A program made the position numbers and the translations under genes. From NCBI RefSeq assembly GCF_006345805.1, contig NC_042997.1:73780001-73844000 (forward strand): a stretch of DNA of 64,000 nt, in the 5' to 3' direction. Shown in pieces: positions 25,051 to 38,499 of the stretch. This stretch comes from Octopus sinensis. Lineage: Eukaryota. How positions within the stretch are numbered: the first letter of the stretch is position 1; every line of letters begins with the position of its first letter. The notes under the pieces are model-generated. The model saw only the letters and a list, made by a program, of their open reading frames with translations. It did no database searches and had not been told where the DNA came from.

Positions 25051-26164
25051 AATCATCATATATAAATAGAGTTAGCGGTTGTAGTAGCCGACTAAGGGAT
25101 AAAATATCCGTATATACTATCAGTATCCGTTACCTGTGTTATCCCCGGGCAATGGTGTGCAGAGACACCATATACGTCAGGCGCAGGTGACAATAGGATA
25201 AACAAAGGTTTATAGGGAGCCAATGCAAATAATTAAGAAAACCATAGATTAACCAGCACATCAATTGGACCGCATTTAAAGCTTGTTTATTGATACAAAG
25301 CAAGACATAACAAAGCTAACAACTGTTTCTGATCAGATTACCAGAATGCGAGAATAAAATTCTTCATCTTCATAGGGTATTCGAATTAAGGCAACCGATC
25401 TTCATCAAAAGCATACAATATAAACAAAAAGAAGGAAGATGTAAGAAAACATGGTTTAGACAAATAGTCTAAAAGCTCAATATGTTAAGTGCACATAATT
25501 ATTTACCATCCGAGTCCAGAGAACGTAGATGAGAGAGTGAGCTACTAAAGGACTAGGGAATACTACAAGTTATTAACGGGAAGGTGCAGTTAGGAGATGG
25601 AGTCATGGTGTTAAAGAAAGAAGTTTCCAGAAGCTCTGTGTAAAGAAGGTACTAACATAATTATCAAAGGTCAAACCTATATTAACGGAGTAAACGTAAG
25701 TAAAGTTAAACAATTAACGTAGGTTACTAAATAGAAAATTTACTCGCAGGAAATTAATACCCTATGGTACACAATAGAGTAAGTCTAAGTCCAGCGGTCT
25801 CTACATTGGTCAGTAACAATTTAAAACAATTCCCAAGTTAAAACCGTTACAAAGGGTTTGTTTATAGATAAACAAGATAAGAAAGGAAGGAACAAAGGTA
25901 AGGGAGATAAGACAATGAGTAGAATTTAAGGGTCGCTTATGTCCTTTACTCTCTTAGCGGTATAACATATGAGAATGTAACAGAGACAAACAATTTAGTG
26001 GTTGGGGGGGGGGGGGGCAATATATATACAAACATATACGTACACTAAGAGAGAGAGAGAGAGATGTACCTATGTGTAGGTGTGGTTAGGGAATAAACAT
26101 GTGTATGTTTGTATATATATGTTTGTGGGAGTGTGGGTGGTGTTTGGGTGGGTGTATCTATCTT

Positions 26165-26371
26165 TCTATACACATATATATGTATATATATGTATATATA
26201 TATGTATACATATATATATATATATACATACATATATATATATATATATATACATATATATATGTATATATATTATATATATATATATACAATTATATAT
26301 ATACATATATATATATGTATATATATATATGTATATATATGTATATATATATATATATATATAATATATAT

Positions 26372-26419
<48 letters not shown>

Positions 26420-26430
26420 ATATATATATT
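26165..26430 (+). repeat. (TA)n-rich microsatellite
   Basis: Direct reading. Confidence 0.95.
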
Positions 26431-27469
26431 TCACAATAGATAGTAATTTCCATATATATGAATTCTTTTATTAAACAGTCTGCGAATTTTGACATATCCA
26501 CATACTAGACACGTTTGCGCATGAATTATCATATTTCATGAATTATATCAACATCAAATTGCATTCATCGTTAAAAATTGAGCTCCGCATCATGGTATGG
26601 AATAAATAATGGTCAGTATTTCCATTATGTCTTTCTAATCTCTGCATTGTGGATTACAAATATTGGCAAATATACGCACGCTCCCTTTACATTCGATAAT
26701 CAATCTCGGATGACTACAAACTTACTTATTGCAAGTTATAAGGCAGAACTTAGGTGACTTCTTTATATTCTGCCCATATACATACACATATAGAGATATA
26801 TCAATATGTGTAAGCTGCTTACATATGAAAAGGCAAATGAAACGCAGAAACTGTTATACAAATACACACATCTAAGTAGTTTTTGTTATTAACTAACTTC
26901 GGCTTGAAACGACGTGAGAGGTCTTATACATTAGCTACAACATAACATTTACAATTATATTTTTTTCAGCTTGGTACAAATCTTCAGTATTATAGCAGAT
27001 AGACAATTACAAGTTATGATATATTCAAACGTATCATGATCTCTAAACTTCCAGAATTTTCATATTTCTCCACCGTATTTCTCAATACAACAACATTATT
27101 TGCTGAGAAGTTTAAATTTTATGCGGGAAACCTTCAATATACACTTTAATATAATAGGATACCTCATTCCTGAGTCTGAAATAGTCAACACTATTTATGT
27201 TTGATATAGTGAACGTCACCGAAATAGAAAAGTTAGGAGTTGGGTTTCCTATAGTGATAATGTAAAATAATTTGCTTAGCATAATCATTTGTAAGTCTAA
27301 ATTCTCTTTTTGAATTTGAATGCAACTTCGGTCGACAGTTACACGTATATTCTTTTTTTTTTTTGTATATACCAATGCCTATTTCCCATTTTCTTGGGAG
27401 TGGGTAACCATTACAAGACACACATCAGGGATTTCCATTCATTTGATATTCTTAAAAAGACAAGAAAAA

Positions 27470-27691
27470 GTATACTCTTTACTCTTTACTCTTTACTCTT
27501 TTATTTGTTCCAGTCATTTGACTGTGGCCATGCTGGAGCACAAATCGACCCCAGGAATTATTCTTTGTAAGCCTAGTACTTATTTTATCGGTCTCTTTTG
27601 TCGAACCGCTAAGTTACGGGACGTAAACACACCAGCATCGGTTGTCAAGCGATGTTGGGGGTTGAAACACAGACAACAAACGTATACACGC

Positions 27692-27756
<65 letters not shown>

Positions 27757-28056
27757 TGTATGTATATATGTATGTCTTCCCTTCTTTCCTGAGCGTCAAA
27801 TAATACTTTAATTGTTCCACGTCCTCGTGTTGCTGTGTTTTTTTCTGTGTTTCCTTGTTTGGATTAGCTATATATATATATATACATATATACGACGGGC
27901 GTTTTTCAGTTTCCGTCTGCCAAATCCACTCACAAGGCTTTGGTTGGCCCGAGACTATAGTAGAAGACACTTGACCAAGGTGCCACGCAGTGGGACTGAA
28001 CACGGAACCATGTGGTTCGTAAGCAAGCTACTAACCACACAGTCACTCCTACGCCT
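27470..28056 (-). mobile_element. tRNA-derived SINE (19370 family), interrupted by microsatellite and an ~130-bp insert
   Basis: Tail (CTCTTTA)n at 27475-27500; body 27505-27700; head 27885-28056. Confidence 0.85.
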
Positions 28057-30284
28057 ATATTCATTTCATTAATATAAAAGTGAGAAATAAACTGAATTCA
28101 GCCAACTATACTTGCACAAAAATTGAAAATGTATCAATGTGTCGAAATCTCTATGCCTGCTTCCTTTAAATTATGAATCCGTTTTGCACAATCCAAAACT
28201 AATAACTATACTTTCTTCAATTACTCCACATCCAAACTCAATTAGTGTTTTATATATATGTGTATATGTATATGTTTTAAAGAAGATGAATTTTCTTATG
28301 TTTTGGAAATGAGTATTCCAGATGTTCCATGAATGAAAGTAGGTATGGATAAATAGTTAAAAACTTCGTTTGGCATTAATGAGATTGCCGGTTAAATTCC
28401 ATTTTACCATAGCTTCGGGTTAATTAGTTGAATTGAATCGATGGAAACTGTTAGGAAACCCAAAGAAAAAATCCTGCAAAGATTACATTAAATGAACTAG
28501 CCACTTATTTTCTGATTCAATGAAGAGATATTTTGTTGTTCGAACCACAAGAACACTAACAGAATATCCATTTACTTTTGTATTTACACAGATTTAACTG
28601 ATCTCGGAAATTCAGATCGAAACCATAGAAATTTTAGTACAATTACAAAATTGACACCAAAAGAACATTGATGATGGTAAAGCATTGCGTTTGAACAATT
28701 AAGATTGTTCAGTATATGAGACGAATTTAACGATTTCTTCAAAGTAAAATTTCATTTGAGAACATGATAAACTTACGTTCATAGTAATCAATTACCATGA
28801 ACTTTACAAAACCGCATTTCAAGAATTACAATGTCAGTGAAGAAAGATCAATGTAAACAATGTACAGTGTAAAGATATCATTTTCGCTAATTCCATTTAA
28901 AATTCAAAAATAAACTGGTATTAAAGCATTTTTAATATCAATGTACAAAGATGAAAATAAGCGTGTAAGATACAAGAAATAAAGAGTATTTGTAATTTAG
29001 ATTATATCTCTAAATGGTATTTTTAAAATTGCATTTTATATCATTGATTTCTTACTTTCTCGGGTTCTTTCTTTTTGTTTTTTTCATTGTATATCCTGAT
29101 GAAACAGAAAATTACTAACAGTATTGAGCATGTACCAGATGAGAATGAACTTGCTTCCTTTCTGATCATTTTCTATCTATTCCATTCCCTTGCTTGTATG
29201 CAATCAATTATATGATAGCTGCAAATTAAATGATAGAATGACACACACAGACACACATATACATATTTATACCGGCTGATTTATCTGGTTTTACCCGAAT
29301 TTTTTGATAGGTAAAATAAAACCTTATGAATTCACTGTTTTGATAAGTTGCTGATAATCTCCAGGAATGCTCATTCTCTCAGAATTGTTGCATCCAATTA
29401 ATTCAGAAGATGGTTCAATATACAAAAACAACATACTAAAATGTTTCTCTTACATTTTATTTCGGGTAAACATACTTTTGCCAAAATAATTTTTCTAAAG
29501 GATTTAACATAATAATTATTATTTCTAATTAGTGTCCCACCCCAATACTTGAAAGTAAATAATATTCTTAATTTTTCTGCCAGGAACTGAAAGGAAGAAA
29601 TATATCTCCTTTTCTAATTCAGGGGAAAAGAAAAATGATCAAATAATTGACCATGAGAAAAACAAACTTGACTTCAACGTGATTTCGGTAAATCTGATGC
29701 ATTGGCATTGTCTTGTGCCTTGTTGATATTCATTGCAAGTTTAAATTCAAACGACACATCCTGGAGTAAAAAACATCTTCAGTCTTGGCAAAGCATGTCA
29801 CCCATGACTCAACGCATTCCAGACAAATTTCTTGGATGAGACGCAATTGCGCTTATTTCTATGTATTCCCACTGGAAAGGTTTTATGTTACTCCTGACGT
29901 TTTTTTATATTGTAGTTAACTACTTACACACTCTAGGGTCACAAAGTAGATCTGTTAGCAGGGAAGCAACTTATGCTACCCTCCCACTGACCATACTAAC
30001 CACCCCCCACATCACGAACATCATAACTATCCTCATTATTTGATTCCTGAGCAATTGTCAAGCTATCTATTCAATAGTTTTTTTTTTCATTTTCAGTTGA
30101 CGCTAGTGAATATCGTCTGGTGGTCAAATAAATTTTTACCCATCAGACGAATTTCAGTTACAGTTTAACTGTTTATACTGACCGACCACGAGCATACTCC
30201 AAGACAAACCAGTTTGCTATATAAGGCCCAACCTAATTTACCTACGTTGTTTAATTCACCCTTCTATTTCTTTTTCTTTTTGTT

Positions 30285-30525
30285 GTCGTTGTTGTTGTTG
30301 TTGTTGTTGTTGTTGTTCTTCTTCTTCTTCTTCTTCTTCTTCTTCTTCTTCTTCTTCTTCTTCTTCTCATTACTATTATTATCATTATTATTTTTATTTT
30401 ATTATCATTATTATCATTATTATTTTTATATTATTATTATTATCATTATTATAATTGTTGTTGTTGTTGTTGTTATCATTATTATCATTGTTATCATTAT
30501 TATTATTATCATTATTATTATTATT
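30285..30525 (+). repeat. (GTT)n(CTT)n(ATT)n compound microsatellite
   Basis: Direct reading. Confidence 0.95.
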
Positions 30526-30695
30526 GAGTGAGAGAGCAATACATGCCATCAAAGTGACACTGGCGAAAAATATACGAAGCCCAGTATACCCATCATGTGG
30601 ACCTGGTAGACCAGGCATATCCATCCCAACTATATGTGCGCGACATAGTGATCTCATATCAAGATAATCAACGCATGACCTTGCAGTTGGGGCCG
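30526..30695 (+). mobile_element. 5' part of the (TAA)n-associated ~480-bp noncoding element
   Basis: GAGTGAGAGAGCA..ATGCCATCAAAGTGACACTGG.. matches the reverse complement of about 50865-51034. Confidence 0.8.
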
Positions 30696-31224
30696 TATCC
30701 ACACTTTTACTTATTCTTTGTTTCCTCCCGATATAAGGCAAAAGACAAGGTCTGGAAGGCGTACAATGTAACAGCACGCTTGTGTTGCAAGTATGATGAC
30801 GTACTTCTCTAATGTCTAAAACCGCAAACATTATATAAATTTTGACTTCGAACTTTTGCGTAAACTGGCGTTGCAAATAGAGTTGGTAAAGAAGCAATCG
30901 TAACGAATCATTAAAGATGCGTTAAAGAATTTTCTTTGTTTTCTTCTTATCATTTGGATTATTTACTCTTTGCCAAACCCACTTTATGGTGTCATGAAAC
31001 TTGAATTTACTACACCTGAGGAATTCCGGCTTTGGTCTGGAATCCGACAGCGTTGATAGCCCAGTATTCAGGTCGAGTGCTTCCCTGGAAATACCATAAC
31101 TTTACATCCTATCTGACCTTATATATATATATATAATGTATGTTTGTATATATCTATATATATACATACGTACATGTGTGTTGTAATTATGCACACGCGC
31201 ATGTATGTACACATAATGTTACAA

Positions 31225-31550
31225 GTCTCTTACAAGGATCATCAAACAAATGAGTGAGTGTTACAGCAAATAGGTGAAAGACGACAATTCCTGAACATTG
31301 TAGAGAAAAACAAAAGCTCGATTCATACGGCCATATTCGAAGAAGCAATGGTTTGGAGAACATTATCACGGAAGAAAGAGTAGAGAGTAGTAGATCAAAA
31401 GACAGGCAAAGAACGCAATGGATGGACAGTAGCAAAAGCTAGTCGGACAAGAGTGACAAGACAGCCGGAGAACTCGCGCTCAATCAGGAAGACTTTCGTT
31501 GTAGTGTCATCAATACGCTGCAGGCGTACGGTACATGATGACGACGATAA
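31225..31550 (+). mobile_element. RTE LINE 3' end fragment
   Basis: SYKDHQTNE.VLQQIG; GHIRRSNGLENIITE.RVE..RSK.RQR.QWMD; (TGA)-like tail. Confidence 0.75.
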
Positions 31551-33678
31551 TAGCAACCAGACGGAAAATGAAGGCAATCTAGTTACATAACTATATTAAA
31601 GGATCATTTTGGGATCTTTTCTGTTTGGCTGCCAAGTTTCAGTCTCTTCAGTTCCTGCTCGAATTGGTTTCATATTCATCACTACTTTGAAATTCATTTT
31701 CGCAATAAAATCAGTAAATAAAGAGTTTGCAAATTTTGTAATTTTAACTAATTGTAAGCCACAGGCACATTCATGTCTGTTTCCATAGTAACAAGCCAAG
31801 CATGAGAACACTTTTGTCTGCAAAAAAGCACGTGTTGACAATATTTTCCACTCATTGCAGTGGTCGTCAGATATGCTAAAAACCTCTATAACATTTCTTA
31901 ATATTTCCGGGAAAAGTGAAATATCACCTGAGATTCAGCTTGGAACACTACATTAAGGTACCAAATCTTAAATTCTTCAAAAAACTTTGAATTTTCGGAA
32001 ATTGGCAGCCAAACTGAAAATATTCTCATTTTGAATGGCTAGAGAAACTGCTTCGTCACTATACACGTTTATTTGCATATATTAAATTTATGTAAACCCA
32101 CACATAATTAACGAATTGATTGATTGTGTGTGTCATTCACCCACTACCGTGGGTGAATATATTCTTAGGGTCAACTTTTAATTACTCACGAGCATTTTTA
32201 GTAAAAGAAAACTATACAATAGTGAAATTAATCTTAACCTGAAAACCTTGTCAAAAAATATTAGCGATTAAAAGATGTGGTGTGGCTTTAAATGACCATA
32301 GAAGATTATCCTTATAACAAATTAAAATATTTTTCGCCTATTAAGATATTTAATCTCATAGAAGAAAATATTTGAAATTTTCGCCTTTCTAATATTTGCA
32401 TAAGCCTTTTGTTAGAAACGCTGTTTTCACTCTCAACGCCGGAAATGTATGGATACGGACAGTTGGCCCGTTGTAAACATATACGCTGTGTTTTCCATAA
32501 GTTGAAATATAAATTAGATAAATAGCTCTACATTAATACATTTATATATAAACAAATATAGGCACAAAATAGTTACAATGAATGTGGTTTATATATCGAT
32601 AAAGAAAAGTTATGAAGTTCAAGACAAAAGTGATTGATCACCAAAGTTTACGTCCGAAGTTTCTCTAATAAACTAGGGAATAAGGATCAAAGATGGAAGC
32701 TATATATAAACTGTCTTTAACGATTTCATATCAGCTTTCTTTTTGCTTCGCCGAAAATTGATATTTGGTCCAATATTTACGTATTTTTTATTACTTATTT
32801 TTCGTAACTTTTGGTTTTGTTTTGGTAGTTTCACGTTTCTCGTCCACGTGAAACTATCATTTTTTGTAATATCTTCACTGTTATCTTTATTGAATTTTAG
32901 GATTGCTATATTTATTCTATATGGCATTAATAAGGGTTATTGAAAAAGTAAAAATTAAAAGTTTAGTACACAGCAATATTCCTTTTATTTATCATAATTT
33001 GGCGTACGAGTTTATCAGGTGAAGTTAATTGTTCGATTATTCAGTTGTTATGATTTGAAATTCATTTGATTTTCTATCATAAAAGCAGACTGATTTATAT
33101 AACAAAACAAATTAGCAACAGAGGATCTTTCCGTTCGGATTAGTGGGTCTTCAGGACTGCAAATTAACATGCGCATAAGTAACTGTAGATTTATACAGAT
33201 AGTAACACTAACAAACAAAGCAAAGATACATTATAACGCATGAAGTTCCACGTACATATATGTGCATGGTTCCAAAAATAAAGATAAGACACAAATATAC
33301 CTTCCTACATGTACGATTAATATATACCGTGAGTACATATATAAACATTAAGCTTGAATTAATTATGAACAGTGAGTTACAAATTTTGATTTCAGTCGAT
33401 AAGTGTACAAATGCAATTTGCTTCATATTGAAAAAGTATGTTAAAATGTATGCACTCAGACCTTATCACTGTTCCACAATACCCAACACAAACACACGCA
33501 TACAAATAGTTCATAAATCTTTTATATAAATTCTGTATACACTAACGGAGTTCCACATATATATCCAGTAAAATGAATAATCCTGCCGTATGATGGCATA
33601 TGGTAGCCGACAACTATATATGAGCTTAAATTATTACCCAGATAATAGTAAATATATAAAGGAATGTATGTATGTATG

Positions 33679-33740
<62 letters not shown>

Positions 33741-33869
33741 TATGTGTGCGTATGTATGTGTATATGTATGTGTGTGTATGTATATGTGTGTACATATGTA
33801 TATATATATATGTATATATATATATACATCCATATATATATATGGATGTATATATTATATATATATGTA

Positions 33870-33949
33870 TATATACAAAAGCTAGAAATGTTGTTATTAA
33901 ATTATTGGTATGTGAACAGAGTTTTGTTTCATTGCTATAATGTATTATA

Positions 33950-33982
<33 letters not shown>

Positions 33983-34220
33983 TTTGATAAACAACACTGT
34001 TATATGATGAATATAAATATGAATATAAACAGCTGTATTCTTATTAGCATTGTCATCAGCAATAGCCAACACAGTATGTGATAAGTGTAAACATTTTGTC
34101 TGTACGAAACACACGTGAACAGAGAAAGAGGGAACAGCTGTTTGTACATTTTAATTCTAGTTGCAATTATCATCGACAACTGTGTACTCCCCTTAACTAT
34201 CCAGAAACATACTGCATATA
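33870..34220 (-). mobile_element. Penelope-like terminal repeat fragment
   Basis: 33870-34117 is a near-identical direct repeat of 38591-38826, which adjoins a GIY-YIG ORF. Confidence 0.7.
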
Positions 34221-34949
34221 AACCCATTGATATTAAAAATGTTAAAGTAACTTTAGTAGTTACTGTTGTAGACTCTAGACTTTAACCACATAAATTAGTT
34301 TAGTACCAACAAACTAAGAAAACAAGATCAGAAACAATCTCTCTTCAAAGTATTTATCTTGAAATCATTTATAGCCTTAGTTATATTTGTGCTTTCTGTA
34401 GAAAAGTGGAGGTAGTTCACCAAATTTTGTAAATATTTCGATTACCTTATCTAATAGTAGTATTGTCAAACGTAGCGTTTTCAGCAATCATGAGTTGAGA
34501 ATAATGCCAAACGCTTTTCTATAACTATGCTATATTCTTTTTGCTATATTCTTCCTTCTTTCTAAAGACTTTTCCATCAGTCAGCACTGTTAACTCGCGC
34601 AATAATCATTGACAAGTAGTTTGAATACAACTTATACATTATAAGCAATGCTTGTGCTTTCATTTGTTTGTATAATGGCAAACAAATTTGATATACTGAT
34701 TTTCCTTAGTTGTTCAAAATATACACGTTAGTGAATCACCTCTTTGACCTTTGATTATAGCTTATGTGTCTATGGTGTATGTATGCTGTTTCTTGTTGGT
34801 TGTATAAATCAATGATGCATTGTAACCAAAATACATTTCTTTTTTATTCCTCATCTAAGACCAAACGTCTTTTCGTAGAGTTAAGGCTTTCTTTTATACC
34901 CGCGTATAGAGCTGGTACGTTGTAACAAAATTTATGATCAACATTGAAA

Positions 34950-35555
34950 CAAAGAATAGTAGCAATCAAAGAAAAGATATGACAATGGAACAAAACATTT
35001 CAATAAAAAAAGATTGTTTGAAGCAAATCAGAAGAAACTGTTTCAGGAACTGTATGGGCAATTACACGTAGAAGAGGAAAGCAGGACATTCTGGAGAGTA
35101 ATCTGGGACCAATCTGTAGAGCTTAATGATGAAGTGGAGTGGCTGCAAGAAATCCAGATAGGTTAAGAAATATAGAAGGCCAACTAAACATAAACATAAC
35201 TACAGAAATGAATAAAAAAGCAATTGAGAAAATTCCCAAATTCAAAGAACCCAGGACCAGATGGGGTCCACGGTTATTGGATGAAGAAGCTGAGATGTAC
35301 ATTATTTACATTATTAACATTATTTATATTTGACGGATATTTGTCCTCATCTTGTGTGTTGTTAACATAATGTACATCTCAGCTTCTTCATCCAATAACC
35401 GTGGACCCCATCTGGTCCTGGGTTCTTTCAATTTGGGAATTTTCCTCATCTCTTAAATATAGGATTGAAACTGAGAAGGTTCCATGAAAGAATAGCACAG
35501 CAGCTGGATGAGTACTTGCAGGAAGGCGCAGTACCCAGCTGGATGTAAAAGGGGT
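34950..35555 (+). mobile_element. R4/Dong-like pre-RT fragments with an internal inversion
   Basis: FEANQKKLFQEL..FWRVIW..EWL; GPDGVHGYWMKKL; HERIAQQLDEYL..VPSWM. Confidence 0.75.
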
Positions 35556-35559
35556 AGAA

Positions 35560-35592
<33 letters not shown>

Positions 35593-35633
35593 AGAAGAAG
35601 AAGAAGAAGAAGAAGAAGAAGAAGAAGAAGAAG

Positions 35634-35667
<34 letters not shown>
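35556..35667 (+). repeat. (GAA)n(CAA)n microsatellite
   Basis: Direct reading. Confidence 0.95.
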
Positions 35668-35799
35668 CGCGGGACGTTTAACATGTGAGAGCATTAAAAT
35701 ACTGCACCGAAAGCTATCCCAAAAACTTTGGGAATAAAAACAACAAATGGAGCTTAAAATAACTGACGAGGTGTTGAACTTTATTCGAATAATACTCAT

Positions 35800-37170
35800 T
35801 AAAATTTATTTCTATTTTCCAAATGAAATTATGTGCGTATCATCTCCATCACTCGCACAACACATATAATCACGCTCGCCACTTTACGATCCTCAACATC
35901 AGACCATCTCCGTCGCCAACCACCATACACAAAGAAATTTTTTTTAATAAATTAATTAATACCTGGGAATTACGTACTTTAAACTTGTTACACAAAAAAT
36001 ATGAAAAAACTACACGTACAAAACCATTTAACACCAGAAATGAACGGACCGGTACCCTACGGAAATTATGACCATCAAAATAAAGGGCCGTACGCTATTC
36101 CGCATATCCAGCAAATAAAATTTTAAAAAACATAAATGGACACGTGATGAATATATTTCAAATCCCACACACTTATTTTGCACCAGTGCACAGAACGAAA
36201 ACAATATATACATATAAAATCTGGAAGAAAAATAACCTAGATAAATATTTAGACAGCAATGAACCCTAATAAACTAGCTAACATACGGAGTTATATTCTC
36301 AAAACAAAAAATATCAGAAATAGAACGCTTAAAAGGAAAAATACGTCAGGAAAACGTAGAGAGTAACCACACAGCAATGCGAAATAATATCATCAGCACT
36401 GGAACTATAAAATATGAAGAAAGACCTAACATGTCCAACAAAAATGAAATAAACAGTGAAAGACAACCAAACCAGACCGCAGGAATGTATAATGAGGAAC
36501 AAAATGCACCAAACCAAAACAGCACATACAAAAGTATGAACGGGAGGGAATACGAAACAAATCTAAAACCTGGAAACAGTGAAGGTAAAACTAACGATTA
36601 CGATATTCTAAAAATTAGCATAATCAAAGATCTCGGTATGGGGCACAGATCTCAGTTTGGAGTACCGATTGTACCTCCCAAAAATTAAAATTGATAAAAC
36701 AATATCAATAATAAATAGCATGAACCTGGCCGTCACAGAACAAATAGCCATAGATACAAATGTCAATATGAGCAGGTTAATGATATAATAAAAGCAGCAG
36801 CCTCTGTGGCTACAAAAGAAGCTGGATATCCCCTAAATCACATCCAGACAAGAGTATCACCAACCAAACAAACCCTGTGGATAAATAATATCCAGAGAAA
36901 AATAGAAAATAAGAGAAAGGATCTATCAATTCCTAACGAAACTAGTAGACAATCAAAACTACTAAGCAACAAAAAGAAATGAAAAATACTACGTAAATAC
37001 AAAATTACCGAACATGATATACTTGAGGTAAAAGAACAGCTAAAGCAAGATATCCTCACCAAAGCACAAAAAGGAACAACCTCAGGAAATATCTATCAAA
37101 ACAACGAATACAGTACCTGAGCTACTCTGGACCCATATAACAACTGAAGAGGTCACCCCAGCACTTCAAA
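35800..37170 (+). mobile_element. R4/Dong-like 5' region and N-terminal ORF remnant
   Basis: KWTRDEYI, NKLANIRSYILK, Asn/Gln-rich linker, basic helical segments; many stops. Confidence 0.55.
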
Positions 37171-37630
37171 AGCTAAGCAACCGAATATAGTTGCTTTTTC
37201 ATTTTCTGTGACCTTTTCTGGCGTGTGCCTATACCATCTTTTTTTCTTTTGTTATTCCATAGTCTTGGCATAGCTTCCAGTGTATGTAGGTCCCAAGTCT
37301 ATCGTGTCTGTGAATATATTCTGGGCAGCCAGAGACAATATGATTTATTGTTTCTTCTCCATCACCACATATTCTGCAGTTTCTTTTCATTACTTGTTTT
37401 TGATCATTTCTGGTGGGAAGGCATTGATCTTGTGCTGCAGTTAAAAAACCTTCAATCTCTGCTTTGAGTCCTGAGGTTCTCAGTCATTGTTGGGATTTTG
37501 CGTTGTCTATTTCTTTTATGTTTAGCTGAACCCAATATTTGCCATGTAGGGGCTTTTCTTGCCATCGTTTTATCATGATACGTTGCTGTTCGAGTTTTAG
37601 TCTGGATTTCAGTAGCAGCCGAAGGAGACG
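37170..37630 (-). mobile_element. R4/Dong-like fragment (post-RT, degenerate CCHC)
   Basis: WQEKPLHGKY..LRTSGLKAEIEGFL.AAQDQ..TINHIVSGC..RHDRLGTYIHWKLC. Confidence 0.8.
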
Positions 37631-37921
37631 GCAAAGAAGAAGAAGAAGAAGAAGAAGAAGAAGAAGAAGAAGAAGAAGAAGAAGAAGAAGAAGAAGAGAA
37701 GAAGAAGAAGAAGAAGAAGAAAAGAAGAAAGACAGATACAAAGAAAGAAAGCAGGAAAGAAAAAAGAAAAGAGAAAATCGGGAGTGGAATCTTCTTTAAT
37801 GGTCAAGTGACCTAAATTTGACTTGTTATGGTTGTAGCAGTAGTGGTAGAAACTGTTCTAAATAAATTCATGGGTAGCGACTGTTTGCGTGGGTATAATT
37901 GGATGTATATATTATATATAT

Positions 37922-38499
37922 CTGATTCTGAGGAAAGCAAAAGCTGGGTATGTATTCAAAAGCCGCCAGCAAAACGTCAACCATTTGATGACCTCAAACT
38001 TTATGGTAAAGATGAATCCCTAGTCAGCTCCTTTCAGTGCTGATATCAAAATGGAGTTCGGACTGAGAAAGTGTGGTGTGTTAGTCTTGAAGAGAGGCAA
38101 AATCAAATGTATGGGCATACTATCGATACCTGCGGGGGAGGTTATGAAGCAGATAGGAGAGACGGGCTATCTCCTATCTGCTTCATAACCTCCCCCGCAG
38201 GTATCGATAGTATGCCCATACATTTGATTTTTGCCTCTCTTCAAGACTAACACACCACACTTTCTCAGTCCGAACTCCATTTTGATATCAGCACTGAAAG
38301 TATACACCGTATCAACGACGGAGCTGACTAGGGATTCATCTTTACCATAAAGTTTGAGGTCATCAAATGGTTGACGTTTCATTACCAGATGAAAGGATGT
38401 AGCAAGGAAGTTGGGCGTGATTGACCCTACTTAATCTCTGTTGTCATTCCAAAATGTTTGCATAGTTTCCAGCGTATATAGGTCCCAACTCTATCATGT
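37922..38499. repeat. Fold-back and patchwork copies of nearby Dong sequence
   Basis: 37922-38162 is an inverted copy and 38172-38379 a direct copy of about 40560-40824; 38388-38499 copies 39311-39422. Confidence 0.9.

Noticed and set aside
26045-26501. Long YI/IY-repeat ORFs (also 33522-33950, 55697-56020, 57321-58124, 61281-62047)
   Set aside because: Translations of (TA)n/(TATG)n arrays; no coding signal.
28592-28671. Possible terminal exon (good acceptor TTTACACAG; reads xLTDLGNSDRNHRNFSTITKLTPKEH*)
   Set aside because: No recognisable homology or partner exon; chance is plausible. RNA-seq would decide.
30112-30152. Stem-loop TCGTCTGGTGG..CCATCAGACGA
   Set aside because: Short, imperfect and without context; within chance expectation.
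31620-32015. TTTGGCTGCCAA / TTGGCAGCCAAA inverted pair
   Set aside because: Only 12 bp; element ends and TSD could not be defined.
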